A stretch of DNA of 64,000 bases from Treponemataceae bacterium (GTDB lineage: Bacteria > Spirochaetota > Spirochaetia > Treponematales > Rectinemataceae): the NCBI GenBank assembly GCA_963678065.2, contig CAXXVZ010000005.1, positions 576,001 to 640,000 of the forward strand, written 5' to 3'. Each line of letters starts with the position of its first letter. Position 1 is the stretch's first letter. Both the position numbers and the translations under genes were made by a program. Below, in pieces: positions 19,625 through 28,999 of this stretch. The notes beneath the pieces were generated by a model. That model ran no database searches. It was not told the origin of the DNA and saw only the letters and a program-made list of their open reading frames with translations.

Positions 19625-20409
19625 CACGCAATCCCCCCGACGATCAGTCCCTTTCCGAAATAAGCCTCGTTCACACCCTTGTCGCCCCGCACCGTTTCGG
19701 GACTGCCCTCGCATATCTTCTGGCCGAAATTGAGCACAAGGATACGGTTGCAGGTGTTCATGACGAATTTCATGTCGTGTTCGATGACCGCTATCGTATA
19801 ACCGTCCTTGTTGAGCTTGATGATGAAATCGCTCAGGGACTTGGTCTCTATCGGATTCATGCCTGCGACAGGCTCGTCGAGGAGGAGGATCTTCGGGTCG
19901 AGGGCGAGGGCCCGGGCGATCTCGACCTTGCGCTGTATACCGTAGGGAAGATTGCTGGCCAGGGTGTCCCTGAACTCGGTGAGCCCGACCCGCTCGAGGA
20001 CCTCGAGTCCTTTTTCCGTCGCGAGCGTTTCGTCGGCCCGGTATTGTCTGTCGCGCAGCATCGCCTGGAGCATACCCGTCTTCGTGCGGATGTGGAAGCC
20101 GATCTTCACGTTCTCGAGGACGGTCATGTACTTGAAAAGCTGTATGTTCTGGAAAGTCCGGGCCATGCCGAGTCGGGCGATCTTCTCGGAGGGCAGGCCG
20201 TTTATGGACTGTCCCCGGAAAAAGATTTCTCCGGAGGTCGGCTTGAAAATTCCGGAACATATGTTGAAGAAAGTCGTCTTTCCCGCGCCGTTCGGCCCGA
20301 TGACGCCGAATATGTCGCCCTCTTCGATGCGCATGTTGACTTTCTCGACCGCCTTGAGTCCGCCGAAATACTGACAGACATCGCGGGCTTCGAGCATGGG
20401 CGTTTTCAT
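19624..20409 (-). CDS. livG: Branched-chain amino acid-type ABC transporter ATP-binding protein
   Basis: FGGLKAV, GPNGAGKTT, RTFQN, LPYG.QRKVEIARALA, IEHDM. Confidence 0.92.
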   Translation of the reverse strand: MKTPMLEARDVCQYFGGLKAVEKVNMRIEEGDIFGVIGPNGAGKTTFFNICSGIFKPTSGEIFFRGQSINGLPSEKIARLGMARTFQNIQLFKYMTVLENVKIGFHIRTKTGMLQAMLRDRQYRADETLATEKGLEVLERVGLTEFRDTLASNLPYGIQRKVEIARALALDPKILLLDEPVAGMNPIETKSLSDFIIKLNKDGYTIAVIEHDMKFVMNTCNRILVLNFGQKICEGSPETVRGDKGVNEAYFGKGLIVGGIA

Positions 20410-21434
20410 TTTGCGCCTCCCGCGGTCTTGACGCCGGCCTTGCGCGGCAGACGCCCGCCTTTGCGCATGCGCCCTCCGGCGAGGATGGAATTGGAGGCGC
20501 CCACAAGACCCTGCGGCCTCAGCCACATCATGATGATGATGAGGAGGGCGTAGACGACGAGACGGTACTGCGAAATGGGTCTGAGGAATTCCGTGAGGAA
20601 GTTGACGATGACGGAACCGACGATCGGTCCCACCAGCGTTCCCTGGCCGCCGATGATGACCATCGAGAGGATGTTGAATCCCTCGTCGAGGGTGAACATG
20701 TCCGACGAGATGAACTTGAAATAGGGCGCGAAGGCTGCGCCCGCTATTCCGGCCCAGAACGCTCCGTACATGAAATTCATGGCCTTGTAGCGGCTCGTCT
20801 CGACGCCGAGAGATTTCGCGGCGAGTTCGTCCTCGCGGATGGAGACCCAGGCGCGTCCGACGCGCGACTTGATGATCCTGTTCGTCAGGAAAAAGAAGAT
20901 GAGGGCCAGGGCGTAGAATATGTAGTAGTAGTGTATCGACCTCGAGATCTTGAATCCGCCCAGGAAGGGCGAGGGGATATTCTTGATCCCGACGGGGCCG
21001 CCGGTGAAGGCTTCCCAGTTGAGGACGATGAGCCGGATGATTTCGGAGGATCCCAGGGTGACGATCGCGAGGTAGATACCCCGGAGCCGGAGCGTCGGCA
21101 GCGAGACAAACAAGCCGATCAGCGCCGCCGCGACGCCCGAAACCGGCAGCGCGATCCAGAAGGATATGCCGAGCTTCGTCGCCAGAATGGCCTCGCAGTA
21201 CGCCCCCACGCAATAGAACCCGGCGTGTCCGATGTTGAACTGACCGGAATATCCGTTGATGACGTTGAGCGATCCCGCGAGGATGGAATACATGAAAATG
21301 CGGCACATCACACCCATCGCGTAGGACTTCGGATAGATCTGCGGAAGGACGACGAGGAAGAGAAGCAGGGCGCCGAGAAGGGCATACCGGACAGTCTTCG
21401 GTATTTTCCGGAACAGTGTGACGGCGGCGTTCAT
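20406..21434 (-). CDS. livM: Branched-chain amino acid-type ABC transporter permease
   Basis: GYSGQFNIGHAGF, LRLRGIYLAIVTLG, IREDELAA, RPQGL. Confidence 0.9.
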   Translation of the reverse strand: MNAAVTLFRKIPKTVRYALLGALLLFLVVLPQIYPKSYAMGVMCRIFMYSILAGSLNVINGYSGQFNIGHAGFYCVGAYCEAILATKLGISFWIALPVSGVAAALIGLFVSLPTLRLRGIYLAIVTLGSSEIIRLIVLNWEAFTGGPVGIKNIPSPFLGGFKISRSIHYYYIFYALALIFFFLTNRIIKSRVGRAWVSIREDELAAKSLGVETSRYKAMNFMYGAFWAGIAGAAFAPYFKFISSDMFTLDEGFNILSMVIIGGQGTLVGPIVGSVIVNFLTEFLRPISQYRLVVYALLIIIMMWLRPQGLVGASNSILAGGRMRKGGRLPRKAGVKTAGGAK

Positions 21435-22306
21435 GGCCGTGCTCCTTTCTTGCGTGCGAATCCTTCGGGTTTGAAGAGGAGTACGAGGAGAAGGAAGATG
21501 AAGGCGAAGATGTCGCGGAAACTGGCCGACGCCACCGTGATACCGAGGTTCTCTATGATGCCAAGGCAGAGACCTCCGAGGGCGGCGCTCGGCACATCGG
21601 TGAGGCCGCCGAGGACGGAGGCGGAGAAGGCCTTCATGCCGGCGGATCCTCCCATCGTCGCTATGAGAGTCTGGTAGTATATCGCGAGAAGCATTCCCGC
21701 TATTCCCCCGAGGCCGCAGCCGATGCAGTTGCCCGCGAGGGTCGTAAGCTTCACGTTGATGCCCATGAGGGCGGCCGCTTTCTTGTCCTGACTGACGGCC
21801 CGCAGCATGACGCCCCACCGGGTCCGGTTGAAGAACAGGAACAGGAGAAGGGAGAGCGAGAGGACGGTCGCGATGACGATTATCTGGACGAGGGTGAGTC
21901 CCACTTTTCCCCATCCGAAAAACCTGTTCGGAACGATCTCGAGGAGGGGAAGGTTGTTGGGTCCGATGAGTATCTGCGTGAGGTTCTTGAGGAGCATGCT
22001 CACGCCGATGGTGCAGATGAGGGAAATGTGCCGCGGCGCGTCGAAAAACCTTTCGTAGCAGACCTTGTAGACGAAGACGCCTATGAGGGCCGAGGCGGCG
22101 AAGCTCGCGATGATTCCCAGGAAGAGATTGTTGCCGAAGAACTGGAAGGCGAAATACGAGGCGAAGGCCCCCAGCATCATCACTTCGCCGTGCGTGAAGG
22201 TGACAAGCCCGACGACGCCGACGACCACGGAATACCCGATGGCCATGAGGGCGTAGATCGAACCCTGGCAGATTCCGTTTATCAATTGCGAAAGGTAGTA
22301 ATCCAT
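21431..22306 (-). CDS. livH: Branched-chain amino acid-type ABC transporter permease
   Basis: QLINGI..GSIYALMAIG, FTHGE, RAVSQD..AA.LMGIN, KPEG. Confidence 0.9.
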   Translation of the reverse strand: MDYYLSQLINGICQGSIYALMAIGYSVVVGVVGLVTFTHGEVMMLGAFASYFAFQFFGNNLFLGIIASFAASALIGVFVYKVCYERFFDAPRHISLICTIGVSMLLKNLTQILIGPNNLPLLEIVPNRFFGWGKVGLTLVQIIVIATVLSLSLLLFLFFNRTRWGVMLRAVSQDKKAAALMGINVKLTTLAGNCIGCGLGGIAGMLLAIYYQTLIATMGGSAGMKAFSASVLGGLTDVPSAALGGLCLGIIENLGITVASASFRDIFAFIFLLLVLLFKPEGFARKKGARP

Positions 22307-22418
22307 TCCGAATCCTTGCGTATCCCGGATGCCGGACATCGCCCGAGCCGCCAGAGACATCCATTGTCCCTGTCGGCCCGGGCGGTGACCTTGTTTGAAA
22401 ATGCTGTCTTTTCAGCCT

Positions 22419-23561
22419 TTACTTGGCGAAATTGAAATCGGTCTTCTTCACGAACTGTCCATTCTCGACGGCGACGATGAGGTACTTGCGATAGATGTCT
22501 CCGTCCGGATTGAACTTGATCGGGCCGGTGAGGCCGGTGAAATCCTTGTTGTTCTGGAGATTCTCGCGGATCGAGTCGCGGGTGACCTTGGCGCCGGAAA
22601 GCTTGATGGCGGCCTCGAGGAGGTAGACGCAGTCGTAGGCTACGGCGGGGTGGACGGTGGGAGCGAATCCGGCGGCCTTCTGGAAGGTGTCGGACCAGGC
22701 TTTGTCGCGTGCGTTGGTCATGTCGAAGAAGAAGGGGGTCGTGAGGAGGAGGCCTTCCGCGTTCTTCTTGGTGAGGTTGAGGATCTGCGCGGAGGTGCCC
22801 GGTCCGAGGGTCGTGATCCTGACATTGGTCCAGCCCGCCTGGGCGATCTGGTTGATGATGGTCGGAACGGCGCCCTGGTCGAGGATGACGATGTGGTCGG
22901 GACTGGGCTTGCGGAGCTTGGCGATGGTGGAACTGAAATCCTTCTCGTCGGCGATGTAGTTGACGTCGGATACGACTTCGAGTCCGTCTTTCAGGGCCTG
23001 AGCCACGAGGTTATCGTGGGCCGACTTGCCCCAGTCGGAGTTGACCCAGATGACACCGATTTTCTTGGCGCCGGCGTACTTCTTGAGGAGGTAGGTCGCG
23101 AAGAAGGGCGCTTCGCCGTCCTGCCGTCCCATGGCGGAGAAGGCGAACTTGCTCATCGACGCGTAGTTGGGATTGGACGCTGTCGGGGAGAGCTGGACGA
23201 TTCCGGCCTCGTCGATGATGGGCGCGTTGGCCATGCAGCAGGAGCTCGTGAAATCGCCGATGATGGCCATGACGCTCTGGTCGTCGCCGAACTGGCGGGC
23301 GAGGTCGGCGCTCTCTTTCGGATCGCCCTTGGAATCCTTGACGATGAGCTCGATCTTCATCTCGCCCTTGGCGTTGATCTCATCGGCGGCCATTTTCGTC
23401 GCAATCTGGAAGCCCTTGCCGTACTCGGCGTTGGTGCCCGTGATGGGCGCGAGGACGCCGAATTTGTAGGTCTTCACCGGGCCGGCGCCGAAGGCCACCG
23501 CGGCCGAAGCCAGAAGCAAAACGCCCAGAACCAGAACGCGGAAGCTTGTACTCTTCTTCAT
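22419..23561 (-). CDS. LivK/LivJ-like ABC substrate-binding protein
   Basis: Signal peptide; APITG.NAEYG, DSKGDPKES, QLSPTAS, GLTGPIKF. Confidence 0.9.
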   Translation of the reverse strand: MKKSTSFRVLVLGVLLLASAAVAFGAGPVKTYKFGVLAPITGTNAEYGKGFQIATKMAADEINAKGEMKIELIVKDSKGDPKESADLARQFGDDQSVMAIIGDFTSSCCMANAPIIDEAGIVQLSPTASNPNYASMSKFAFSAMGRQDGEAPFFATYLLKKYAGAKKIGVIWVNSDWGKSAHDNLVAQALKDGLEVVSDVNYIADEKDFSSTIAKLRKPSPDHIVILDQGAVPTIINQIAQAGWTNVRITTLGPGTSAQILNLTKKNAEGLLLTTPFFFDMTNARDKAWSDTFQKAAGFAPTVHPAVAYDCVYLLEAAIKLSGAKVTRDSIRENLQNNKDFTGLTGPIKFNPDGDIYRKYLIVAVENGQFVKKTDFNFAK

Positions 23562-23630
23562 TCCTCTTCTCCTTGCGGAAATTTCCATCCACAAAACTTG
23601 TGGATACGCCTCAGAATTCATCGACTCCGG

Positions 23631-24125
23631 TCACTTGTGAAAATGGAGCTTGCAGGTCGCGCAGCCGTGGGAAATCGTATCGCCGAGATCGAACTTGAGA
23701 CCCATGGCCTCGGCGATGCCCCTGTCGCCGTCCATCGCTATGTCGCAGAACAGCTCGATCTTCTCGGCCGAAAGACCCAACTTCTGCCAGGCCGCGACGA
23801 GAGGACAGTAATGGAATTCGGCCTTCAGGTTTTTTCCGTCCACGCCGACGACGTCGATCTCGAAATTCTTCTTTCCATCCTCGAAGAGGAAGACATCGTT
23901 GAAGACCGTGACATCGTCGGGATTGCTGCAGCGCGCCTTGATGCCCACTCCGTGGATGTTTCCGCATTTGCGGACCGCCGCGCGGGTGAGTTTTTCCGCG
24001 TCGACGCCGGCCTTCTCCATCTCGTCGTAGGTGAGCGCCATCCAGGTCGCACGGTGTTCGATGCACATGCGCGCAAGATCGATCTTTTCTTCCTTGATGC
24101 TCGGAACATTGACTATCTCAGCCAT
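23631..24125 (-). CDS. L-2-amino-thiazoline-4-carboxylate hydrolase (ATC_hydrolase)-like protein
   Basis: HRATW, FHYCPLVAAWQKLG, CDIAMDGD, TI..G..TC pattern. Confidence 0.72.
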   Translation of the reverse strand: MAEIVNVPSIKEEKIDLARMCIEHRATWMALTYDEMEKAGVDAEKLTRAAVRKCGNIHGVGIKARCSNPDDVTVFNDVFLFEDGKKNFEIDVVGVDGKNLKAEFHYCPLVAAWQKLGLSAEKIELFCDIAMDGDRGIAEAMGLKFDLGDTISHGCATCKLHFHK

Positions 24126-24134
24126 GATCTCTCC

Positions 24135-24803
24135 CTATCTCTGTAAGAGTATGTTTTTAAGCACGAGGATATCCTCGCGCATGAGCGCCTGGGCCTTTTC
24201 CGAATCTCCGTCGCGCACAGCCTTGAGGATGGAAACATGGAGATGTTCTTCCTTGGGCTTGAGCCGCCCCTCGTGGATGAGCTGTATGCTCGCGCGGCGG
24301 ATGAGGTCGATGATGGGGGCTATGCAGCGCGCGAGGATGACATTGTTGGACATCTCCGCGAGGAAGAGGTGTATCGAATCCGCGCTCGAAATCCAGAGGT
24401 GGAGGTTTTCGTCGGAATCGTTCACGCAGCTGTATCGGACTATCAGGTCATCGAGCATTTCCAGACTCTCGGGCGAACGGTTGAGACAGGCCCGGCGAAC
24501 GCTCTCTGTCTCGAGGAGGAGGCGCACCTCGACGCAATCGAGGATCTCGCGCAGACTTATGGGCGCGACGCGGTAGCCCATGCGGGGCACGCTCTCCATG
24601 ATCCGCTCGGTGCACAGGGCGTGGAGGGCCTCGCGCACGGGGGCCCGGCTCATGCCGAAGGCCTCCGCGAGGCGCTGTTCGGCGAGGAATTCGTATTCCT
24701 TCACCTCGCCATGCAGGATCATGTCGAGGATGAGCCTGTAGGCTTCTTCCTTGCGGGTCCGACTCTGCGCCGCCCGCGCGCGGACGACGATGTCGGCGTT
24801 CAC
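24135..24803 (-). CDS. GntR family (FCD) transcriptional regulator
   Basis: LAEQRLAEAFGMSRAPVREAL HTH; EVRLLLE, H..IL.AV..GD; GTG overlaps upstream stop codon. Confidence 0.9.
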   Translation of the reverse strand: MNADIVVRARAAQSRTRKEEAYRLILDMILHGEVKEYEFLAEQRLAEAFGMSRAPVREALHALCTERIMESVPRMGYRVAPISLREILDCVEVRLLLETESVRRACLNRSPESLEMLDDLIVRYSCVNDSDENLHLWISSADSIHLFLAEMSNNVILARCIAPIIDLIRRASIQLIHEGRLKPKEEHLHVSILKAVRDGDSEKAQALMREDILVLKNILLQR

Positions 24804-25735
24804 GAGTTCGCCCCCGCGATCGAGGCTTCCTTGAGCGCCAGCATGTTCTCTTTCGGCGTTCCCTCGAGGAATGTGCAGCCGGGCGCGAGAATGAAGCCAC
24901 GCCCGCCCGTCTGTCTGATCGCGTCGAGGGCCTGGGCGCGCACGCTGTCCGCAGAGGCGGTCACGGCGGCGACATGGTCCACGCCGCCAATGAGGCACTT
25001 GGCGGTTTTCACCCGCGCAGCGTCGAGGGAGGGGCCGGCCTGGCGGTCTTCCCAGCTCACGCCCTCGCTATCGTAGGAAGAGATGATGTCGAAATAGGAA
25101 CCGTGCTCGCCGTGGGAATGCACCATGACGGGCAAGGGTCGCATCGCGGCGATTACCTCGCGGTCAAAAGGCGCGGCGATGGAAGCATATTCGTCGTGGC
25201 TGAGCCAGGAGGGCTCGCAGCCGAAGCATCCGAGGAAGAAACCATCGATCCCTGCCTCTTTCCGCGCAGCTCCGACAAAGGCGACGAGGTTTCGCGAGAT
25301 CGTCGCGAGGCCGCGGACCGTCCTCTCCCGGTCTCTCCGGCAGTCCAGGACCAGCCTGGACCAGGCCATGCGGACGGCGATGTGGAAGGGGGAAAACACG
25401 GTGGCGACGACGGGCGTGTCGACATCGACAGCCTCCCTGATGCGCTTGAGCGATTCGAGATAGCGGCCCAAAGCGGCCTTGTGCGGGTCCAGGTCGACGA
25501 GGAGATCCCAAACCGAGGAGTCTACGGCAAACTGGTAGTTGACCGGAGTGTCGTAGAGCTCATCGTACATGACTTTCACATAATCCGGATCGAATTCCTT
25601 GTGGAATGCGAGAGTGTAGGCGACGAATTCGTCGACTCCGCGGTCCAGAACCGTCGAATGCTGGTAGATGGAGACGGGCACGCGGTCCGGCTTCCCGCCC
25701 TTGAGGGTACATTCCAACCTTTCCCGTTTGGTCAT
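24800..25735 (-). CDS. Uroporphyrinogen decarboxylase (URO-D)/MtaA-like TIM-barrel protein, function unknown
   Basis: MTKRERL..TLKGGKPDRVPVS, TVFSPF, MVHSHG, LIGGVD, FILAPGC..TPKENM; alternative GTG start at 25744. Confidence 0.8.
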   Translation of the reverse strand: MTKRERLECTLKGGKPDRVPVSIYQHSTVLDRGVDEFVAYTLAFHKEFDPDYVKVMYDELYDTPVNYQFAVDSSVWDLLVDLDPHKAALGRYLESLKRIREAVDVDTPVVATVFSPFHIAVRMAWSRLVLDCRRDRERTVRGLATISRNLVAFVGAARKEAGIDGFFLGCFGCEPSWLSHDEYASIAAPFDREVIAAMRPLPVMVHSHGEHGSYFDIISSYDSEGVSWEDRQAGPSLDAARVKTAKCLIGGVDHVAAVTASADSVRAQALDAIRQTGGRGFILAPGCTFLEGTPKENMLALKEASIAGANS

Positions 25736-25751
25736 GCGGCTCACTTCCTGA

Positions 25752-25768
25752 TCATATCAGTGATATGA
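25752..25768. promoter_or_regulatory. Candidate GntR operator, palindrome TCATATCA-G-TGATATGA, with an extra half-site at 25773-25780
   Basis: Perfect inverted repeat immediately upstream of an operon containing a GntR gene; overlaps the start region of a minus-strand TTGACA(25801-25796)-18-TATCAT(25777-25772) promoter. Confidence 0.65.
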
Positions 25769-25827
25769 CCAATGATATGAACAGCTTTTGAAATCTGTCA
25801 ACTGGGATTTTTCGGAAAGCCGGAGCG

Positions 25828-26230
25828 ATGATCACAGGCTTGAATCGGGGGAATCCGCTTCGACGAGGAGCTGGAGATCCAGGGATCGGCCGATCCGGCC
25901 TGCCTCGAGAGATTGCTCCTGGACTTGCCTGACCTGGCGGGAACGGGCGGTTCGGGGAATGTCGCAAAAAACAAGCTCATCTGGCGCTCGGACGGAGCCG
26001 CCGACATGCGGACGGGCAGGAAAACCAGGCTCGAAATCTTCGTCGATCCGACGGCGGCGGGATCTATGGCGGCCTCGTGGGCGGACTGGGACTGGGCGCA
26101 GGCATGGGGGTGGGCGTCGGACTCGGAGCGATGCATTCGCCCGCTTTTGCGCTCATCTTTGCCGCCGCTTCGCTCGCGGGATCCTTCGGCCTGGCGCGGG
26201 TTGCAAACCGCCTGTCGCAGTCTGCAGCCC
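25828..26230 (+). pseudogene. Probable frameshifted remnant of a membrane-protein gene
   Basis: SD GGAG plus ATG 25828; protein-like segments in three different frames (MITGLNRG / IRFDEELEIQG..LEIFVDP / GGIYGGLVGGLGLGAGMGVGVG..AFALIFAAASLAGSFGLAR) joined at a G5 run (25847-25851) and near 26050. Confidence 0.45.
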
Positions 26231-26292
26231 GTCACCCCGCAGTCGGCTGCACCCCGCCCCCGCAGTCTGCAGCCGCGGCAGGGCGCGGATGC

Positions 26293-27336
26293 CTACCTCT
26301 TGTTGAGGTACTTTCTGATATCGATGGCGACGGCCGCCACGATGATGGCTCCCTTCACGATCTGCTGCCAGTAGGGCGACATGCCGATGAAGGTGAGGCC
26401 GTAGTTGATCACCGAGAAGATGAGAACACCCACGATCATGCCGGGCACCGTTCCGACGCCGCCCGAGGTGGAGACACCGCCGACGACGGCCGCCGCGATG
26501 GCGTCGAGCTCGTAGGAGTTGCCGTAACTGTTCGTCGCGCCGCCCGTACGGGCAGCCTCGAGACAGCCGGCGAGGCCGTAGAGTGCCCCGGCGAGCGCGT
26601 ACACGATGAGAAGGTTTCTCGCGACCGAGACGCCTGAGACGCGGGCCGCCTCGGAGTTGCCGCCGATCGCGTAGATGTTCTTGCCGAAGCGGGTCTTGTT
26701 GTGGAGTACCCAGATTATGAACGCCATGCCGAGGGCTATGAGAACGATGTAGGGCAGAGAGTAGGTTGAGTCCGCCCCGATGTAGCCCGATCCGAGATTG
26801 ATGAAGCGCTTGTCCAAGCCCCCGATGGGCTGGGCGCCGTAGGGCGGCCTGTCGAAGTAGATCGAGTTGAGGCCGTAGATGGCGACCATGCTTCCGAGGG
26901 TCGCGATGAAGGGCGGGACCTTGAGGTAGGCGACGATGACGCCGTTCAGGAAGCCGAGCAGGGCGCAGATGGCGACGGCGGCGAGTATGGGGACGATGAC
27001 CGGCAGGAGCGGCAGGTCGGGGTACATGCGCCTCGCGTAGTCGGCCTGCTGCATCATGGATGCGGACACGACGGCCGCGAGGCCGACCATCCGGCCCGCG
27101 GAGAGATCGGTTCCGCCCGTGATGAGGATTCCGCCGACGCCGAGGGCGATGATGATCCTCGTCGCCGACATCGAGAGAATGTTCCTGAAATTGTCGATCG
27201 AGAGGAAAGAGGGCTCCAGGGCGATGATGACGCCGATTATGACAAGAAAGACCATGTAGATGGCATATTGCAGGGCGAGATCGCCCATCTTGATCGCATT
27301 GCGCGTTGCTGTTCCGGTTTTCTTCGGTTCGGACAT
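26293..27336 (-). CDS. mglC: Galactose/methyl-galactoside ABC transporter permease
   Basis: GTDLSAGRMVGLAAVVSASMMQ..DY.RRMYP, GKNIYAIGGN.EAA.VSGV, YELDAIAA, DIRKY. Confidence 0.9.
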   Translation of the reverse strand: MSEPKKTGTATRNAIKMGDLALQYAIYMVFLVIIGVIIALEPSFLSIDNFRNILSMSATRIIIALGVGGILITGGTDLSAGRMVGLAAVVSASMMQQADYARRMYPDLPLLPVIVPILAAVAICALLGFLNGVIVAYLKVPPFIATLGSMVAIYGLNSIYFDRPPYGAQPIGGLDKRFINLGSGYIGADSTYSLPYIVLIALGMAFIIWVLHNKTRFGKNIYAIGGNSEAARVSGVSVARNLLIVYALAGALYGLAGCLEAARTGGATNSYGNSYELDAIAAAVVGGVSTSGGVGTVPGMIVGVLIFSVINYGLTFIGMSPYWQQIVKGAIIVAAVAIDIRKYLNKR

Positions 27337-27347
27337 GATCCTTCCTC

Positions 27348-28859
27348 TCACATGAACTGGGTGGCAAGGGTCATGATCGACTCCTGGGTCGCATCCCTGC
27401 CTTCGAGAATTCCTGTCATCCTGCCCTCGCACATGACCATGATCCTGTCGGACATGCCGAGAAGTTCGGGCATTTCCGAGGAGATCATGATGATACTTTT
27501 CCCCTTTTTGGCGAGATCGGCGATGATGGTGTAGATTTCGTACTTCGCTCCGACATCGATGCCGCGGGTCGGCTCGTCCAGGATGAGGATATCGGGCTCG
27601 GTCAGGAGCCATCGGGCGAAAAGCACTTTCTGCTGATTTCCACCCGAGAGATCCTTGATCCTGGTCCTCTCTGTCGGCGTCTTCACCCGAAGCGTATCGA
27701 TGCTCCGCTTCACATCGGCCTTTCCCCTCGCCTCGTCGAGAAACACATAGCGGATGTAGGACCCGAGATTGGCTATCAGCATGTTGTCCAGGACGGAGAG
27801 CATGGGAATGATGCCGGTGGCGCGCCGCTCTTCCGTCAGAAGGGCCATCTTCAGCCTCTTGGCTTTGATCGGGCTCAGGACCTTTTCCGCCTTGCCGCCG
27901 AGGATGAGGGAGCCGGATTCCACGGGACGAAGTCCGAATATCGACTCGACGAGTTCGGTGCGTTTGGCGCCGACGAGCCCGCCTATCCCGAGAATCTCGC
28001 CTTTGCGCAGCTCGAAGTTCACGTCGCGAAAGGAGCGCCGCTCCGCAGAGCTGAAGTCGCGCACGGAGAGGATCACCTCGCCCGGCACGTTGTCGCGCGG
28101 CGGGAAGCGGTTGGAGAGGTCGCGGCCGACCATAAGCTTGATGATGGCGTCCGTCGTGAGATCGGCGGCGTCGCGGGTGGCGATGCACTTCCCGTCGCGC
28201 ATGATCGTCACTTCGTCGGAGATTTCGAGAATCTCCTCCATCTTGTGGGAGATGTAGATGATGGCGACGCCCTTGGCGCGCAGGTCGCGTATGATGCGGA
28301 AAAGATGGTTGACTTCGTTCTCCGTGAGGGAGGAAGTCGGCTCGTCCATGATGATGACTTTTGCGCTGTACGACACGGCCTTGGCTATCTCGATGGACTG
28401 GATCTTGGAGACGGAGAGTTCGCGGACCCACTGCTTCGGGTCTATGTCGATCTTGAGTTCCGTGAAAACCCGCTGCGATTCCCTGTACATCTTCTTGTGG
28501 TCGACGAGGGCGAAGGGACCGAATTTCCGCACCGGGTAGCGGCCGAGCCAGAGGTTTTCCATGACGCTCCGGTAGGGAATCGGCAGCAGTTCCTGGTGGA
28601 TCATGGATATGCCCGAGTCCAGGGCCTGCCTCGAATTGGCGAAGGCCACCTGTTTCCCTTCGAGGAGGATCTCTCCGGCATCGGGGGTATAGATACCGAA
28701 AAGGCACTTCATGAGTGTCGATTTTCCGGCGCCGTTTTCGCCCATGAGGGCGTGCACCGTCCCCGGCTTCACCCTGAGGGTGACATCGTCGAGGGCGTTG
28801 ACGCCGGGGAATTTCTTCGTGATGCCCTTCATTTCGAGGACATAGCTTTGTTCTGTCAT
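27348..28859 (-). CDS. mglA: Galactose/methyl-galactoside ABC transporter ATP-binding protein
   Basis: GENGAGKSTLMKCLFGIY, tandem ABC domains, LTEERRATGI, LSGGNQQKV. Confidence 0.92.
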   Translation of the reverse strand: MTEQSYVLEMKGITKKFPGVNALDDVTLRVKPGTVHALMGENGAGKSTLMKCLFGIYTPDAGEILLEGKQVAFANSRQALDSGISMIHQELLPIPYRSVMENLWLGRYPVRKFGPFALVDHKKMYRESQRVFTELKIDIDPKQWVRELSVSKIQSIEIAKAVSYSAKVIIMDEPTSSLTENEVNHLFRIIRDLRAKGVAIIYISHKMEEILEISDEVTIMRDGKCIATRDAADLTTDAIIKLMVGRDLSNRFPPRDNVPGEVILSVRDFSSAERRSFRDVNFELRKGEILGIGGLVGAKRTELVESIFGLRPVESGSLILGGKAEKVLSPIKAKRLKMALLTEERRATGIIPMLSVLDNMLIANLGSYIRYVFLDEARGKADVKRSIDTLRVKTPTERTRIKDLSGGNQQKVLFARWLLTEPDILILDEPTRGIDVGAKYEIYTIIADLAKKGKSIIMISSEMPELLGMSDRIMVMCEGRMTGILEGRDATQESIMTLATQFM

Positions 28860-28913
28860 CGTACCGACCCTGTAGTTCCGGATTTCATGATGTCGCCCGT
28901 AAAGATATGCCGA

Positions 28914-28976
28914 AGCGGGAAGCGCCCTTGGCGATCCGTAGAAATGTATTTCCACGGACCGCCAAGGTCTCCCGCT
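28914..28976 (-). terminator. Long GC-rich stem-loop between mglB and mglA (attenuating terminator or mRNA stabiliser)
   Basis: Nested pairs AGCGGGA/TCCCGCT, CCTTGGCG/CGCCAAGG, TCCGT/ACGGA, GAAAT/ATTTC. Confidence 0.6.
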
Positions 28977-28999
28977 CCGATCATGAGACCGCGCGCTGT

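Noticed and set aside
24800..25744. hemE annotation for the URO-D-like genes (also 61578-62684)
   Set aside because: They lack the WxMRQAGRY HemE signature and there is no tetrapyrrole gene context
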